Shown here: in pieces, positions 55,333-64,000 of the stretch | Layout: every line of letters begins with the position of its first letter | How positions within the stretch are numbered: the first letter of the stretch is position 1 | Assembly: GCA_964484195.1 (NCBI GenBank) | Contig: CAZAER010000001.1 | Coordinates: 285,510 to 349,509, forward strand | From: an uncultured Bdellovibrionales bacterium | Lineage (GTDB): Bacteria; Myxococcota; XYA12-FULL-58-9; JALHOP01 | Direction: 5' to 3' | Length of the DNA: 64,000 nt | Notes under the pieces: model-generated | Told to the model about the DNA's origin: nothing | The model's database searches: none | The model's input: the letters and a program-made list of their open reading frames with translations, nothing else | Made by a program: the position numbers and the translations under genes

Positions 55333-57524
55333 GCGGCACCCCGTTCGGCCCCGCCCGAGAAGGCCTTACGTAACGCATCGACGCTAACATCTAGGACCGA
55401 CGATTCGCCGGTCTTGATGGTGAGCCGGCTGCCGCCGCTCGATCCCAGGCGCATGGCAGCGACCCCGCAGGTCTTGGCCATGGCGAGGAAAGCATCGGCG
55501 AAGCGCGGCGCGACACCCACCCAGGCGACGCCCGAGGTCTCGCCGAAGAAGTGCCAGTCGAGTCGGCCCTCGAAGACCCAGCTCAGGGTCGCGCCCATGC
55601 GGCCGCGGGCGCAGGCCTTGCCGAGCGCCGTGAGCAGACCACCGGCGCCGGCGTCTTTGGCGAAGCTCACCATGCCGCGACGGATGGCATCGACCAGGAG
55701 ATTGGCGAGGCGCTTGTCGGCCGCGAGGTCGACGCTCACCTGGCTGCCGGCGAGCTGGCCGCTGGCGATGCGACCATAGGCGGAGGTCATCGGTGTGGCG
55801 GAAGGCGTGCCACAGAGAATCAACGCCAGGTCGCCTGCGAGCTCGCCGCGCGGCACGCGGGAGACGTCATCGACTACGCCGATGGCGCCGACCATCGGCG
55901 TTGGGGGGATCGCACCGTCCGCTGTAGCGTTGTAGAGCGAGACATTGCCACCGGTGACCGGGATCTCGAGGGCCTTCAAGCCGTCGGCCAAGCCGCGAAT
56001 GGTCTCGGTGAGCTTCTTGTTCTCGACCGGATCCGACGGCGGTCCATGGTTGATGCCATCGGTAATGGCCATGATCGGCGCGCCGACGCAGGCGAGGTTG
56101 CGCGTCGCTTCGCCGAGGGCCGCGAGCGACCCCTTGTAGGGATCGACGGCGCAGAGCTCGCCGCGGCCGGTGATGGTGAGCGCGAAGCCGCGGGCCGAGC
56201 CCGGGAGCTTCATCACCGCCGCCTCGGCCTCGCCGGGACCACGCACCGTGCGGTTACCGACGGTGTGGTCATAGTGATCGTAGAGGTTCGTGAGATCGGC
56301 GATGCCGGGCTCGGAGAGCATCCGCAATAGCGGCTTGCCGAGATCTTTGGGCGGCGAGAACTCGGCGTACTCCGAGATGGCGGGGAGCGCGGGTGCCTCC
56401 GGCCAGTTGAGCTTGGGCGCGCCGTCGGCGACCAGCATCGCCGGCAGATCGACCACCACGTCGCCGTTCCACAGGGCACGGAACTGACCGCCGTCGACGA
56501 CCTTGCCGACGACTGCGGCGTGCACGCCGTAGTGCTCGAAGTGCGCGACCGCCTTGGCGGCCTTCGCGGCCTCGACCACGAAAAGGAAACGTTCTTGCGA
56601 CTCCGAGACCAGGACTTCGAAGGGTTCCATGCCGGCTTCGCGGAGGGGCACGGCGTCGAGATCGAGATCGATGCCAACGCCGCCGAGCGCCGCCATCTCG
56701 GATGCCGCGCAGGTGAGACCGCAGGCACCCATGTCTTGGCAGGCGACCATGCCGTGCTCGGGACCGAAGGAGAGGCAGGCCTCCATCAGCTTCTTGCCGG
56801 TGAATGGGTCACCGACTTGCACGTGGCTGCGCTGTTCCGTGGTGTTCTCGGCGAGCTCTTCGGAGGCGAAAGCGGCGCCGAGGATGCCGTCACGGCCGGT
56901 GGACGCTCCAGCGTACACTACGGCGTTGCCGATACCGGAAGCCTTGGCGGTGCGCATTCCGTCATGGCGGACGAGACCGGCGGCCAGCGCGTTGACCAGG
57001 GGATTGCCCTCGTAACGCGGGTCGTAGACGGTCTTGCCTCCGACGTTCGGTAGGCCGATGGCGTTACCGTAACCGGCGATGCCGGCGACCACGCCTTGGG
57101 CGATGTGGCGGCTCTTCGCGTCGTAGGGGGGACCGAAACACAGCGAGTCCATCACCAGGCAGGGCCGGGCGCCCTGGGCGATGACGTCGCGCAGGATGCC
57201 ACCGACGCCGGTCGCGGCGCCCTGATAGGGCTCGACGGCGCTGGGATGGTTGTGGGACTCGATCTTGAACGCGACGGCCCAGCCTTCGCCGACATCGACG
57301 GCGCCGGCGTGCGAGCCGGGACCCGCGAGCAGGTAAGGAGCTTCGCGCGGCATCATGCCGAGGCGGGAGCGCGAGCTCTTGTACGAGCAGTGCTCGCTCC
57401 ACATGCCGGCGAAGACGGCGAGCTCGGGCAGGCGCGGCTCACGGCCAAGTTGTTTCTCGATGTGATCGAGCTCGTGGGGCTTCAAGCCCATGGCGACGCC
57501 CTGGTTGTGCAGCTCGGGCTTCAT
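55329..57524 (-). CDS. purL: Phosphoribosylformylglycinamidine synthase subunit PurL (small PurL, 731 aa)
   Basis: MWSEHCSYKSS, the AIRS-like repeats and the correct length for the three-subunit FGAM synthase. Confidence 0.95.
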   Translation of the reverse strand: MKPELHNQGVAMGLKPHELDHIEKQLGREPRLPELAVFAGMWSEHCSYKSSRSRLGMMPREAPYLLAGPGSHAGAVDVGEGWAVAFKIESHNHPSAVEPYQGAATGVGGILRDVIAQGARPCLVMDSLCFGPPYDAKSRHIAQGVVAGIAGYGNAIGLPNVGGKTVYDPRYEGNPLVNALAAGLVRHDGMRTAKASGIGNAVVYAGASTGRDGILGAAFASEELAENTTEQRSHVQVGDPFTGKKLMEACLSFGPEHGMVACQDMGACGLTCAASEMAALGGVGIDLDLDAVPLREAGMEPFEVLVSESQERFLFVVEAAKAAKAVAHFEHYGVHAAVVGKVVDGGQFRALWNGDVVVDLPAMLVADGAPKLNWPEAPALPAISEYAEFSPPKDLGKPLLRMLSEPGIADLTNLYDHYDHTVGNRTVRGPGEAEAAVMKLPGSARGFALTITGRGELCAVDPYKGSLAALGEATRNLACVGAPIMAITDGINHGPPSDPVENKKLTETIRGLADGLKALEIPVTGGNVSLYNATADGAIPPTPMVGAIGVVDDVSRVPRGELAGDLALILCGTPSATPMTSAYGRIASGQLAGSQVSVDLAADKRLANLLVDAIRRGMVSFAKDAGAGGLLTALGKACARGRMGATLSWVFEGRLDWHFFGETSGVAWVGVAPRFADAFLAMAKTCGVAAMRLGSSGGSRLTIKTGESSVLDVSVDALRKAFSGGAERGAA

Positions 57525-58201
57525 GCGAGTCCTTGCGAGATGGCGTCACGGGCGCCTTCGAAGATGAGCGCGCCGTCGTTGCTGCCGATGTGCGGGTCGG
57601 TGGCGCGGTCGGGGTGCGGCATGACGCCGAAGACGCGGCCGCTGCTGTCGAGCATGGCGGCGGCGTTGCCGATCGATCCGTTCATGTTGCGGTCGTAGAC
57701 GAATGGCACGCTGTCCGCGATAGCGTCCCAGCCGTCGGGATGATAGTAGTTGCCTTCGCCGTGGGCCATCGGCCAGCGCAGCTTGGTGCCGCGCGGCACG
57801 CGCAAGAGCCAGGGGGACTTCTGCTTGGTCTCGCGGGCCTCGACGGTGACCCACTTGTGCTTGAAGCCCGGCGGGTTGTTGTAGGTGAGGGCGCCTGGCA
57901 AGAGGCCGGCCTCGACCAAGATCTGGAAGCCGTTGCAAACACCGATGACCAGACCACCCTTGGCCACGAACTCGGGCAGGGCGCGCATCGCCGGGGCGTA
58001 ACGGGCGAGCATGCCGGCGCGCCAGTAATCACCGTAGGAGAAGCCACCGGGCACACCGACGACCTTGGTGTCCGCTGGAGCGGTTTCGCGCGAGTCGACA
58101 TACACCGGAGCGAAGCCGGCGCGCTCGAATGATTCGGCGATATCGCGGTCGCCGTTGGACCCTGGGAAGACGATGACGGCCGCTTTCGGGCGAGCGTTCA
58201 C
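57521..58201 (-). CDS. purQ: Phosphoribosylformylglycinamidine synthase subunit PurQ (glutaminase)
   Basis: AVIVFPGSNGDRD and GVCNGFQ (catalytic Cys). The GTG start overlaps the purS stop (GTGA). Confidence 0.9.
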   Translation of the reverse strand: MNARPKAAVIVFPGSNGDRDIAESFERAGFAPVYVDSRETAPADTKVVGVPGGFSYGDYWRAGMLARYAPAMRALPEFVAKGGLVIGVCNGFQILVEAGLLPGALTYNNPPGFKHKWVTVEARETKQKSPWLLRVPRGTKLRWPMAHGEGNYYHPDGWDAIADSVPFVYDRNMNGSIGNAAAMLDSSGRVFGVMPHPDRATDPHIGSNDGALIFEGARDAISQGLA

Positions 58202-58452
58202 GTCCCCTCCACCCGAGCCGTGTAGGTCTCGAGGCTCGGGTTCACGAGCAGGCGCTTGCAGAGGTCATCGACGGTGCGCTTGGCCTCGTCGGGGCTGCGG
58301 GCCTCGACGTCCATCGACAGGTAGCGGCCCACCTGGTGGACCTTCACGCCCTTGACCTCGAGGCCTTTGACGGCGCCGTCGACGGCTTCGCCCTGCGGGT
58401 CACGCACGCCGGACTTGGGTTTGACGATGAGCTCGATCTTGAACGTCGCCAT
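58198..58452 (-). CDS. purS: Phosphoribosylformylglycinamidine synthase subunit PurS
   Basis: An 84 aa protein with MATFKIELIVKPKSGVRDPQGEAV, which is PurS-like. Confidence 0.85.
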   Translation of the reverse strand: MATFKIELIVKPKSGVRDPQGEAVDGAVKGLEVKGVKVHQVGRYLSMDVEARSPDEAKRTVDDLCKRLLVNPSLETYTARVEGT

Positions 58453-58454
58453 CG

Positions 58455-59213
58455 TTACGAAGCCTTCATGATGCGGGTGAGCCGCGCGTGCACTTCGCGG
58501 TAGCCTTCGAGCAAGTCGCCCTTGCCCTGGCGGAAGCGATCTTTGTCGAGCATCCCGGCGCCATCCATGTCGCGGAAGCGGCAGGTGTCGGGGCTGATCT
58601 CGTCGGCGAGGATGACCTTGCCGTCGGGGGTCTTGCCGAACTCGAACTTCATGTCGAAGAGGTCGATGCGCGCCTTGGTGAAGAGACCGCGGAGCTCGCC
58701 GGCGATCTGCAGCGCAAGCTTACGCAGCTCGGAGACCTCGGCCGGGGTCGCCAGCTTCAAGAGGCGAATGTGATCGTCGTTGATGATCGGGTCACCGAGA
58801 TCGTCACGCTTGTAATAGAGCTCGACGATCGGCGGGTCGCAGACGGTGCCGTCCGGAAGCCCGGTGCGTTTCTGCAACGATCCCGCGACCTGGAAGCGAA
58901 CCACGACCTCGAGCGGGAACATGGTGGCCCGCTTGACGATCAGGGTGCGCTCGTCGACCCGACGTAGATGCTGGGTCGGGACGCCCTTGCCCTCGAGGTA
59001 GGTGAACAGCATCTCGCTGATGGTGCTGTTCAGGGCGCCTTTGCCCGGAAAAACCTCGTGTTTTTGGCCATTGAACGCTGTCGCGTCGTCTTTGAAGACG
59101 ACCTCGACCTCGCGCTCAGACAGCGGGCGCATCCGCTTCGCCTTGCCTTCGTAAACCTGCACCGGCGCTCCTCTCTCGGCTCGTGGGGAACCACTCAAGA
59201 GGTGCGGGACCAT
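58455..59213 (-). CDS. purC: Phosphoribosylaminoimidazole-succinocarboxamide synthase
   Basis: VYEGKAKR and the SAICAR synthetase core. The true start may be the internal GTG (VQVYEGKAKR), 17 codons in. Confidence 0.9.
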   Translation of the reverse strand: MVPHLLSGSPRAERGAPVQVYEGKAKRMRPLSEREVEVVFKDDATAFNGQKHEVFPGKGALNSTISEMLFTYLEGKGVPTQHLRRVDERTLIVKRATMFPLEVVVRFQVAGSLQKRTGLPDGTVCDPPIVELYYKRDDLGDPIINDDHIRLLKLATPAEVSELRKLALQIAGELRGLFTKARIDLFDMKFEFGKTPDGKVILADEISPDTCRFRDMDGAGMLDKDRFRQGKGDLLEGYREVHARLTRIMKAS

Positions 59214-59318
59214 GCAGCGACACGGCGCAGAGTGTCAAGGCGGCGCGCCCATGTAGCGGCAACTTTGGATGCCCAATTCCGATATTTCCGCACATCAACC
59301 CTGAACCTGGGGATCGCC

Positions 59319-59981
59319 TTGCAGATCGTTCGCCTCCGCACTCATGCCAACCTCGACACCGTGACCTCCGCCCTGCGCTCGCTCAACAGCGAGAAGAACG
59401 TCAACACGCGGTTTGCGGTGGTGAAGGCAACGCTGGGCGAAGGCGAAGAGCGCGCCTTTCTGGTCGAGGCTCATCACCAGACGGACAAGGACGCCCATCT
59501 GCTGGCCAGCGCCGGCAAGGACAAACAAATCATCCTGTCGACCAAGGACTCCGTCGGCAATGACGTTCGTGTCACTGGTAAGGTCTATTCGCACACTCAG
59601 GCCGGCAACAGCACGGTAGCGCGCTGGCTGGGTCTCGGCGCCGCTACTGGTGTCGTCTGCGGCGGCATGATCGGCTTGGTCACGGCGGTCACGGGCACGC
59701 TGCCGATCCATGAAGCCGCTGGTCCGATCTTCAGCACCGTGTTCGGCCTCGCCGCGTTCCTCGGGGCCGTCGCCGCATTCCGAGAGATCATCATCAAGTC
59801 GGAGGGCGCCGATTGGGCCCGCGTCACCGTGGACAGCCTCAGCGAAGGCAAGCCGGTTCCCGTCGAGCTCCACGGCATCGAGCAAGCGCCGGCCACGGTC
59901 GCCGCCTTGCCTGCGCCCACCGAGTCCCCGTTCCTCATTCCTCCGGTCACCCTGCCGGTGCGCGAGAAGGTGACCGCTTGA
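59319..59981 (+). CDS. Membrane protein, tandem paralog 1, with conserved C-terminal tail LPVREKVTA
   Basis: TTG at 59319 or GTG at 59361 (no ATG is available). Soluble N-domain, two TM helices, then a Pro-rich tail ending PVTLPVREKVTA. The stop overlaps the next gene start (TTGA). Confidence 0.5.
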   Translation: MQIVRLRTHANLDTVTSALRSLNSEKNVNTRFAVVKATLGEGEERAFLVEAHHQTDKDAHLLASAGKDKQIILSTKDSVGNDVRVTGKVYSHTQAGNSTVARWLGLGAATGVVCGGMIGLVTAVTGTLPIHEAAGPIFSTVFGLAAFLGAVAAFREIIIKSEGADWARVTVDSLSEGKPVPVELHGIEQAPATVAALPAPTESPFLIPPVTLPVREKVTA

Positions 59982-60613
59982 AGATCGTGCCCTTGGCCGC
60001 GAAAGCGGATCTTGGAACCCTTGGCTCGGCGCTGCGTCATACCAAGCTGATCAGCCAGCCCGACCAGCACTTCGCTTTCGTGAAGTCCTCGGGAGAAGGC
60101 GGCGAGACCACCTACCTGGTCTCGGCAGCGAGCGGCGACAAAGACGTCGATATGCTCAAGCTCGCGGTCGCCCGCGATCAACGCATTACCTTCGCGGTCA
60201 CAGACGGCGTCGAGCCGCGCACGGTCACCGGAACCATCGCGCGCTACGTCGAGCCCGGTCGTGGGTGGGACCGGCAGATTTGGGCCGCGGCTCTCCCCAT
60301 CGCGGTGGGCGCGACCGCCGCAGCCGCGCTTTACGGGGCTCTCGAGTATCGCGACTTCGGCATGTTGCTCGCCGGCATCGTCGGCTGGGCCGTCTCTTTT
60401 CCTCTCGCTTTTCAGGCAATCGAAGCACAGCCGCTGGGTCACGACTGGGCGCGTGAGCTCGTCGAGAGCCACTATGACGGTTCGCCCGCCGAGGCGGTGG
60501 TCCAGAGACTCGACGTGACGCCCGCGCCGCTGGTTGCGCTCCCGCCTCCAACGGAAGCGCCCATGGCCATTCCCGCCGTGAGCTTGCCGGTACGGGAGAA
60601 GGTCACGGCGTAG
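59978..60613 (+). CDS. Membrane protein, tandem paralog 2, with the same C-terminal tail
   Basis: TTG at 59978 or GTG at 59987. The N-domain aligns with paralog 1 (LGTLGSALRH...FAFVK...RTVTGTI against LDTVTSALRS...FAVVK...VRVTGKV). Two TM helices. The tail ends AVSLPVREKVTA. Confidence 0.5.
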   Translation: MKIVPLAAKADLGTLGSALRHTKLISQPDQHFAFVKSSGEGGETTYLVSAASGDKDVDMLKLAVARDQRITFAVTDGVEPRTVTGTIARYVEPGRGWDRQIWAAALPIAVGATAAAALYGALEYRDFGMLLAGIVGWAVSFPLAFQAIEAQPLGHDWARELVESHYDGSPAEAVVQRLDVTPAPLVALPPPTEAPMAIPAVSLPVREKVTA

Positions 60614-60619
60614 CGTTCT

Positions 60620-60973
60620 TCAGGCGCAACCGCCTGTGCCGCAGCGGGCCACCCGCGAGCGGTTCTTCGCGATCTCCTCGAGACGCGCTCCTAGAGACCG
60701 GACGCTCTGCTGCTTCGGTCCGGAGAGGCCATCGGCACAGAGGTCCATCATCGCGGAAAAGCCTCGTAGCTCGGAGGCCTCGAGCCGGTCGGTCTGCGAG
60801 CCGTGGTGGGTGATCATGCCATCGGTGTCGATGCGGACGGCGGGCGACGAGCCGGGTCTTGGACGGCGCACGATGACGGCGTCGGGAGTCGATTCGACCT
60901 CCAGATCGGTGGGCTTGGTCGTCACCTGAATGCGGCAAGCCGCCTGCACCGTCGGGAATTGGACGTCGCTCAT
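60620..60973 (-). CDS. Hypothetical small protein (117 aa)
   Basis: ATG at 60973 with a GGAG RBS 6 nt upstream. Ends ...RCGTGGCA. The longer ORF-track N-terminus overlaps the SNF2 gene and is rejected. Confidence 0.35.
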   Translation of the reverse strand: MSDVQFPTVQAACRIQVTTKPTDLEVESTPDAVIVRRPRPGSSPAVRIDTDGMITHHGSQTDRLEASELRGFSAMMDLCADGLSGPKQQSVRSLGARLEEIAKNRSRVARCGTGGCA

Positions 60974-61062
60974 GCGTGGCTCCGGAGATGGGGGATGCGT
61001 CGTGTATCGGCTCACGCACGCCGCCAATGCCGCTTCGCGCTGTGCCTGCGCGGCACAGGGGC

Positions 61063-63876
61063 CTAGCCGATGAGCGCCAAGACCTCGTCGGGGGTGATCC
61101 GCTTGCCGATGGCGCCGCCCTCGCTCGAGAGCAGGTCTTTCGCCAGGGCCTCCTTGCTCTTGGCGAGCTCGACCACGCGCTCTTCGATCGAGCGCGCACA
61201 GACCAGCTTGTAGACCGTGACCTGTTGCTGCTGGCCAAGACGGTGGGTGCGGTCGGTCGCTTGTTGCTCGACCGCCGGGTTCCACCAGGGATCGTAGTGC
61301 ATGACGGTGTCGGCGCGCGTCAGCGTAAGGCCAGTGCCGCCGGCGCGCAGCGACACGATGATCACCGGCGGGCCAGCCGGATCTTGGAAGCCCGCGACCA
61401 CCTTGTCGCGGTTACGGGTGCCGCCGTGGAGCCAGAGTGGGTCGACGCCGAGGCGCTTGACCACGTCGATGAGCCGTTTCTGCATCTCGACGAACTGGCT
61501 GAAGACGACGATGGTGCGCGACGAGTCCAGCGCCTCGCGCATGAGCTCCTCGAAGAGCTCGAGCTTCGCGGATGGCGGCACCTTGGCGCCGGGCGGCGCC
61601 GGCAAGAGTGACGGGTCGCAGCAGATCTGCCGCAGCCGCGTGAGCGCCGCGAGAATGTCGAGATGCGCCCGCTCGATGCCGACCTGCTCGATCTTCTTCT
61701 GCACGCTCTCGCGCAGCTCGCCGGCCACGTGATCGTAAAGCGCCCGCTGCACTGGGTTCATGTCGCAACGCACCAGCGACTCGACCTTCGGTGGCAGCTC
61801 TTTGGCGACTTCGCTCTTCAACCGGCGCAGGACGAGCGGTTGCACCCGCGTCCGCAATAGCGACAGAGCATCGCCCTCGGCTCGCGAGATCGGGCGGGCG
61901 TAGCGCTTGCGGAAGGCGCGCACGCTGCCGAGGAACCCGGGGGCCAAGAAGTCGAAGATGGCCCAGAGGTCGTCGGGGCGATTCTCGACTGGAGTACCGG
62001 TCAAGGCGAGGCGCCGCTCGCTCTTGAGCCGACGGATGGCGCGCGCGTTCTGGCTGACCGCGTTCTTCGCCGACTGGGCTTCGTCCAAGATCACGTAGCG
62101 GAACGAGTGATTGGCGAGCAGCTCGGCATCACGGCGGAGGACGCCGTAGCTCGTCACCACGAGGTCGCACGTGGCGACATCGACGGCCTGGCGGGCTTTG
62201 GGCGGGCCGTGCCAAAGGACGGTCTTCAGAGTCGGCGCGAAACGCGCGGCTTCGTCGCGCCAAACGGTGACGACCGAGGTCGGCGCCACGACGAGCGACG
62301 GCTTCACGCCTTCGACCTCGCGCACCTTCAAGAGAAGGGCGAGCGCCTGCATGGTCTTTCCGAGACCCATGTCGTCGGCGAGGATGCCGGTCAGACGGTG
62401 GCGGTGCAGCATGGCGAGCCAGTCGAGGCCGCGTGCTTGGTAATCGCGCAAGACGCCATCGAGGCTTGCCGGCGGCTCGATATGCGGCGGCGCATGTGAC
62501 GAGGAGAGCTCGTCGAGCCACGACTGGGTCGCCTCGTCGGCGATGGCGAGCGAGGCCTCGTCGCCGATGGCGCGCAGGATACCGACGCACAGCGGGCTCA
62601 CGAGGGCGCGGTCGGCGGTGGCACCGAGATCTTCGAGCAAGCGCAGCGAGCGGCGGAAACGTGCCGAAGGGGCGACGAACGATCCGTCGGCGAGCTGCAC
62701 GTACTTCTTGCCGGAGGCGAGCCAGCCGAGCAGCTCTTTCATACTGACCAAGGCCTGCACCGTTTGGTCGTCGGTCTGTGCCGGCTGTGCGTCATCGCGG
62801 ACCTGCTCGATGCCGAGCCGCACGTCGATGAGGCCGCGGTCCTCGAGGAGCTGCAGGCGGGCGCGGACGTTCAGATCGCGCCGGAACACCGGCATCGTAC
62901 CGCCGCGCACCACGTCCCAGCCCGGCGGGAAGGCGTCACCCATCGGGTCCAAGACGCGCAGCGCTTGCTCGCCGCCGGCGATGAACACCAGCTCGTTCTT
63001 GTCGAAGCGAAAACCGAGCTCGCGGAGGAGCTTGCGCGCGCCTTCTTCGACCACGAGGTCGCGCTCGAGGAGCCCTTGAGCCCCGGGCTGCGTCGGCACC
63101 ACGTGGACGTTGACGGGGCGCTGGCCCTCGATGAGCACGAGCTCACCACCGTAGTCGGCTTCGATGCGCACGCGGATGACCGGCTCGGCGTCGGTCGTGG
63201 CGGAGACGATGGTGGCAATGAAGCGCCGAGGCGGCTCGCGGCGAACCGCCAGGCGAACCAGATCTTCCGCCGGGACGCCCACTTTGGTGAGCTCGCGCAC
63301 CAAGTTGTCGCGCGCCTGCGGCGATAGCTCGAAGTCGAGGACGATGGTCGGCTCACGCGCCCAGCGGGTGAGCTCCCACGGCGAAGGGGAAGCGATGGGG
63401 TAGGCGAGGTTGCCGCGCAGGAAAAACGCCTGGCTGCCCGCGAGAAGTCTGCCATCGCGGACATCGAGAATGGTGCCGTCAGGCTGCGCGAGGCCGAGCG
63501 CCGCTTGCAGCTGCGCGCCGTTGGTGGTCTCGACGCGGACGCGAACCGTGAGCTCGAAATCTGCGATCTTGAGGTTGTTGCCGTCGACGCGCGTCTGGCG
63601 CTGCACCAGCAGCGGCAGGACGCGGGCCAGCGAGGCGTCCGCGAGATGGCCGAAGGTCTGGCCAGAGCGCAGCTCGCGCACGATGGCCTGATCGAGGGCC
63701 TGGAGCTGCGGCTGCATGCGCTTGGTATCGGAGTCGGAGAGGCTTTCCCCGCCATCGATGGTCTGCGGCATGACGATGCCGCCCGACCCGCGACCCAGGA
63801 CAGTGAGGCGATATGCGAGGCGAATGGGGGTGTCGTCGCGGCGCCCTTCGCCCTGCGCCTGGCTGCTCGAAGACAT
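61063..63876 (-). CDS. SNF2-family DNA/RNA helicase with roughly 440 aa uncharacterised N-terminal region
   Basis: SNF2_N motifs LADDMGLGKT (motif I) and ILDEAQSAKN (DEAQ box). Helicase C domain (GGTGLTLTRADTVMHYDPWWNPAVEQQATDRTHRLGQ). The start is taken at the ATG at 63876 (MSSSSQAQ...). Confidence 0.85.
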   Translation of the reverse strand: MSSSSQAQGEGRRDDTPIRLAYRLTVLGRGSGGIVMPQTIDGGESLSDSDTKRMQPQLQALDQAIVRELRSGQTFGHLADASLARVLPLLVQRQTRVDGNNLKIADFELTVRVRVETTNGAQLQAALGLAQPDGTILDVRDGRLLAGSQAFFLRGNLAYPIASPSPWELTRWAREPTIVLDFELSPQARDNLVRELTKVGVPAEDLVRLAVRREPPRRFIATIVSATTDAEPVIRVRIEADYGGELVLIEGQRPVNVHVVPTQPGAQGLLERDLVVEEGARKLLRELGFRFDKNELVFIAGGEQALRVLDPMGDAFPPGWDVVRGGTMPVFRRDLNVRARLQLLEDRGLIDVRLGIEQVRDDAQPAQTDDQTVQALVSMKELLGWLASGKKYVQLADGSFVAPSARFRRSLRLLEDLGATADRALVSPLCVGILRAIGDEASLAIADEATQSWLDELSSSHAPPHIEPPASLDGVLRDYQARGLDWLAMLHRHRLTGILADDMGLGKTMQALALLLKVREVEGVKPSLVVAPTSVVTVWRDEAARFAPTLKTVLWHGPPKARQAVDVATCDLVVTSYGVLRRDAELLANHSFRYVILDEAQSAKNAVSQNARAIRRLKSERRLALTGTPVENRPDDLWAIFDFLAPGFLGSVRAFRKRYARPISRAEGDALSLLRTRVQPLVLRRLKSEVAKELPPKVESLVRCDMNPVQRALYDHVAGELRESVQKKIEQVGIERAHLDILAALTRLRQICCDPSLLPAPPGAKVPPSAKLELFEELMREALDSSRTIVVFSQFVEMQKRLIDVVKRLGVDPLWLHGGTRNRDKVVAGFQDPAGPPVIIVSLRAGGTGLTLTRADTVMHYDPWWNPAVEQQATDRTHRLGQQQQVTVYKLVCARSIEERVVELAKSKEALAKDLLSSEGGAIGKRITPDEVLALIG

Positions 63877-63961
63877 CCGGCCAAAATAACACGATACCGC
63901 CAATCTGGAAGGGGCCCGAAGACGAATTGCGTCCGACAGCCCGTACGCCTTAGAGATTCGC

Positions 63962-64000
63962 ATGGCATTGGCACTCGTGACCGGCGCAAGCCGTGGCATC
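63962..64000 (+). CDS. Short-chain dehydrogenase/reductase (SDR), first 13 codons only (runs off the window edge)
   Basis: MALALVTGASRGI is the classic SDR N-terminal TGxxxGIG cofactor motif. Confidence 0.4.
   Translation, partial: MALALVTGASRGI

Noticed and set aside
52547-55779. Two long plus-strand ORFs (477 and 583 aa) opposite purM/purF/purL
   Set aside because: Antisense to robustly identified pur genes.
60603-61238. 211 aa Arg/Ser-rich minus-strand ORF
   Set aside because: Wrong-frame-like composition. The overlapping 117 aa ORF with a GGAG RBS is the more credible reading, and even that is low confidence.

Overview
This 64 kb window is a high-GC (about 68-70%), gene-dense, core-chromosome-like bacterial region. 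Codon usage has a strong GC3 bias, GTG/TTG starts are frequent, and 4-nt start/stop overlaps (ATGA, GTGA, TTGA) are very common. I found no rRNA, tRNA, CRISPR, transposase or integrase signal. The main blocks are:
(1) a pyrD-acyl-CoA dehydrogenase pair next to a partial MFS transporter;
(2) a translationally coupled operon of three proteins with no recognisable family (95, 581 and 1135 aa) that runs directly (ATGA overlap) into a glutamate-tRNA ligase carrying an N-terminal extension. This is the strongest candidate for an undescribed system;
(3) a B12-binding radical SAM enzyme, a hybrid receiver-histidine kinase coupled to mtgA, a CBS protein, speA, a fasciclin lipoprotein, tsaC/sua5, fdhD and gpmA;
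(4) a GT2 glycosyltransferase abutting gluQ;
(5) prolyl oligopeptidase, ychF and a set of small proline-rich, repeat-bearing envelope proteins;
(6) trmL and an Actinobacteria-type fused E2-E1 2-oxoglutarate dehydrogenase (Kgd/OdhA-like);
(7) a coupled Rieske oxygenase / betaine-type ABC transporter / dtd operon, with an opposite-strand metallophosphoesterase / GT-C glycosyltransferase / ybaK operon;
(8) two tandem paralog pairs of unknown small proteins;
(9) a PhoR/PhoB-like two-component pair;
(10) an 11-gene Bacillus-like purine supercluster purC-S-Q-L-F-M-N-H-D-B-A on the minus strand;
(11) an SNF2-family helicase with a large uncharacterised N-terminal region.
All calls rest on reading the six-frame translations and the nucleotide context. 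No database searches were run.
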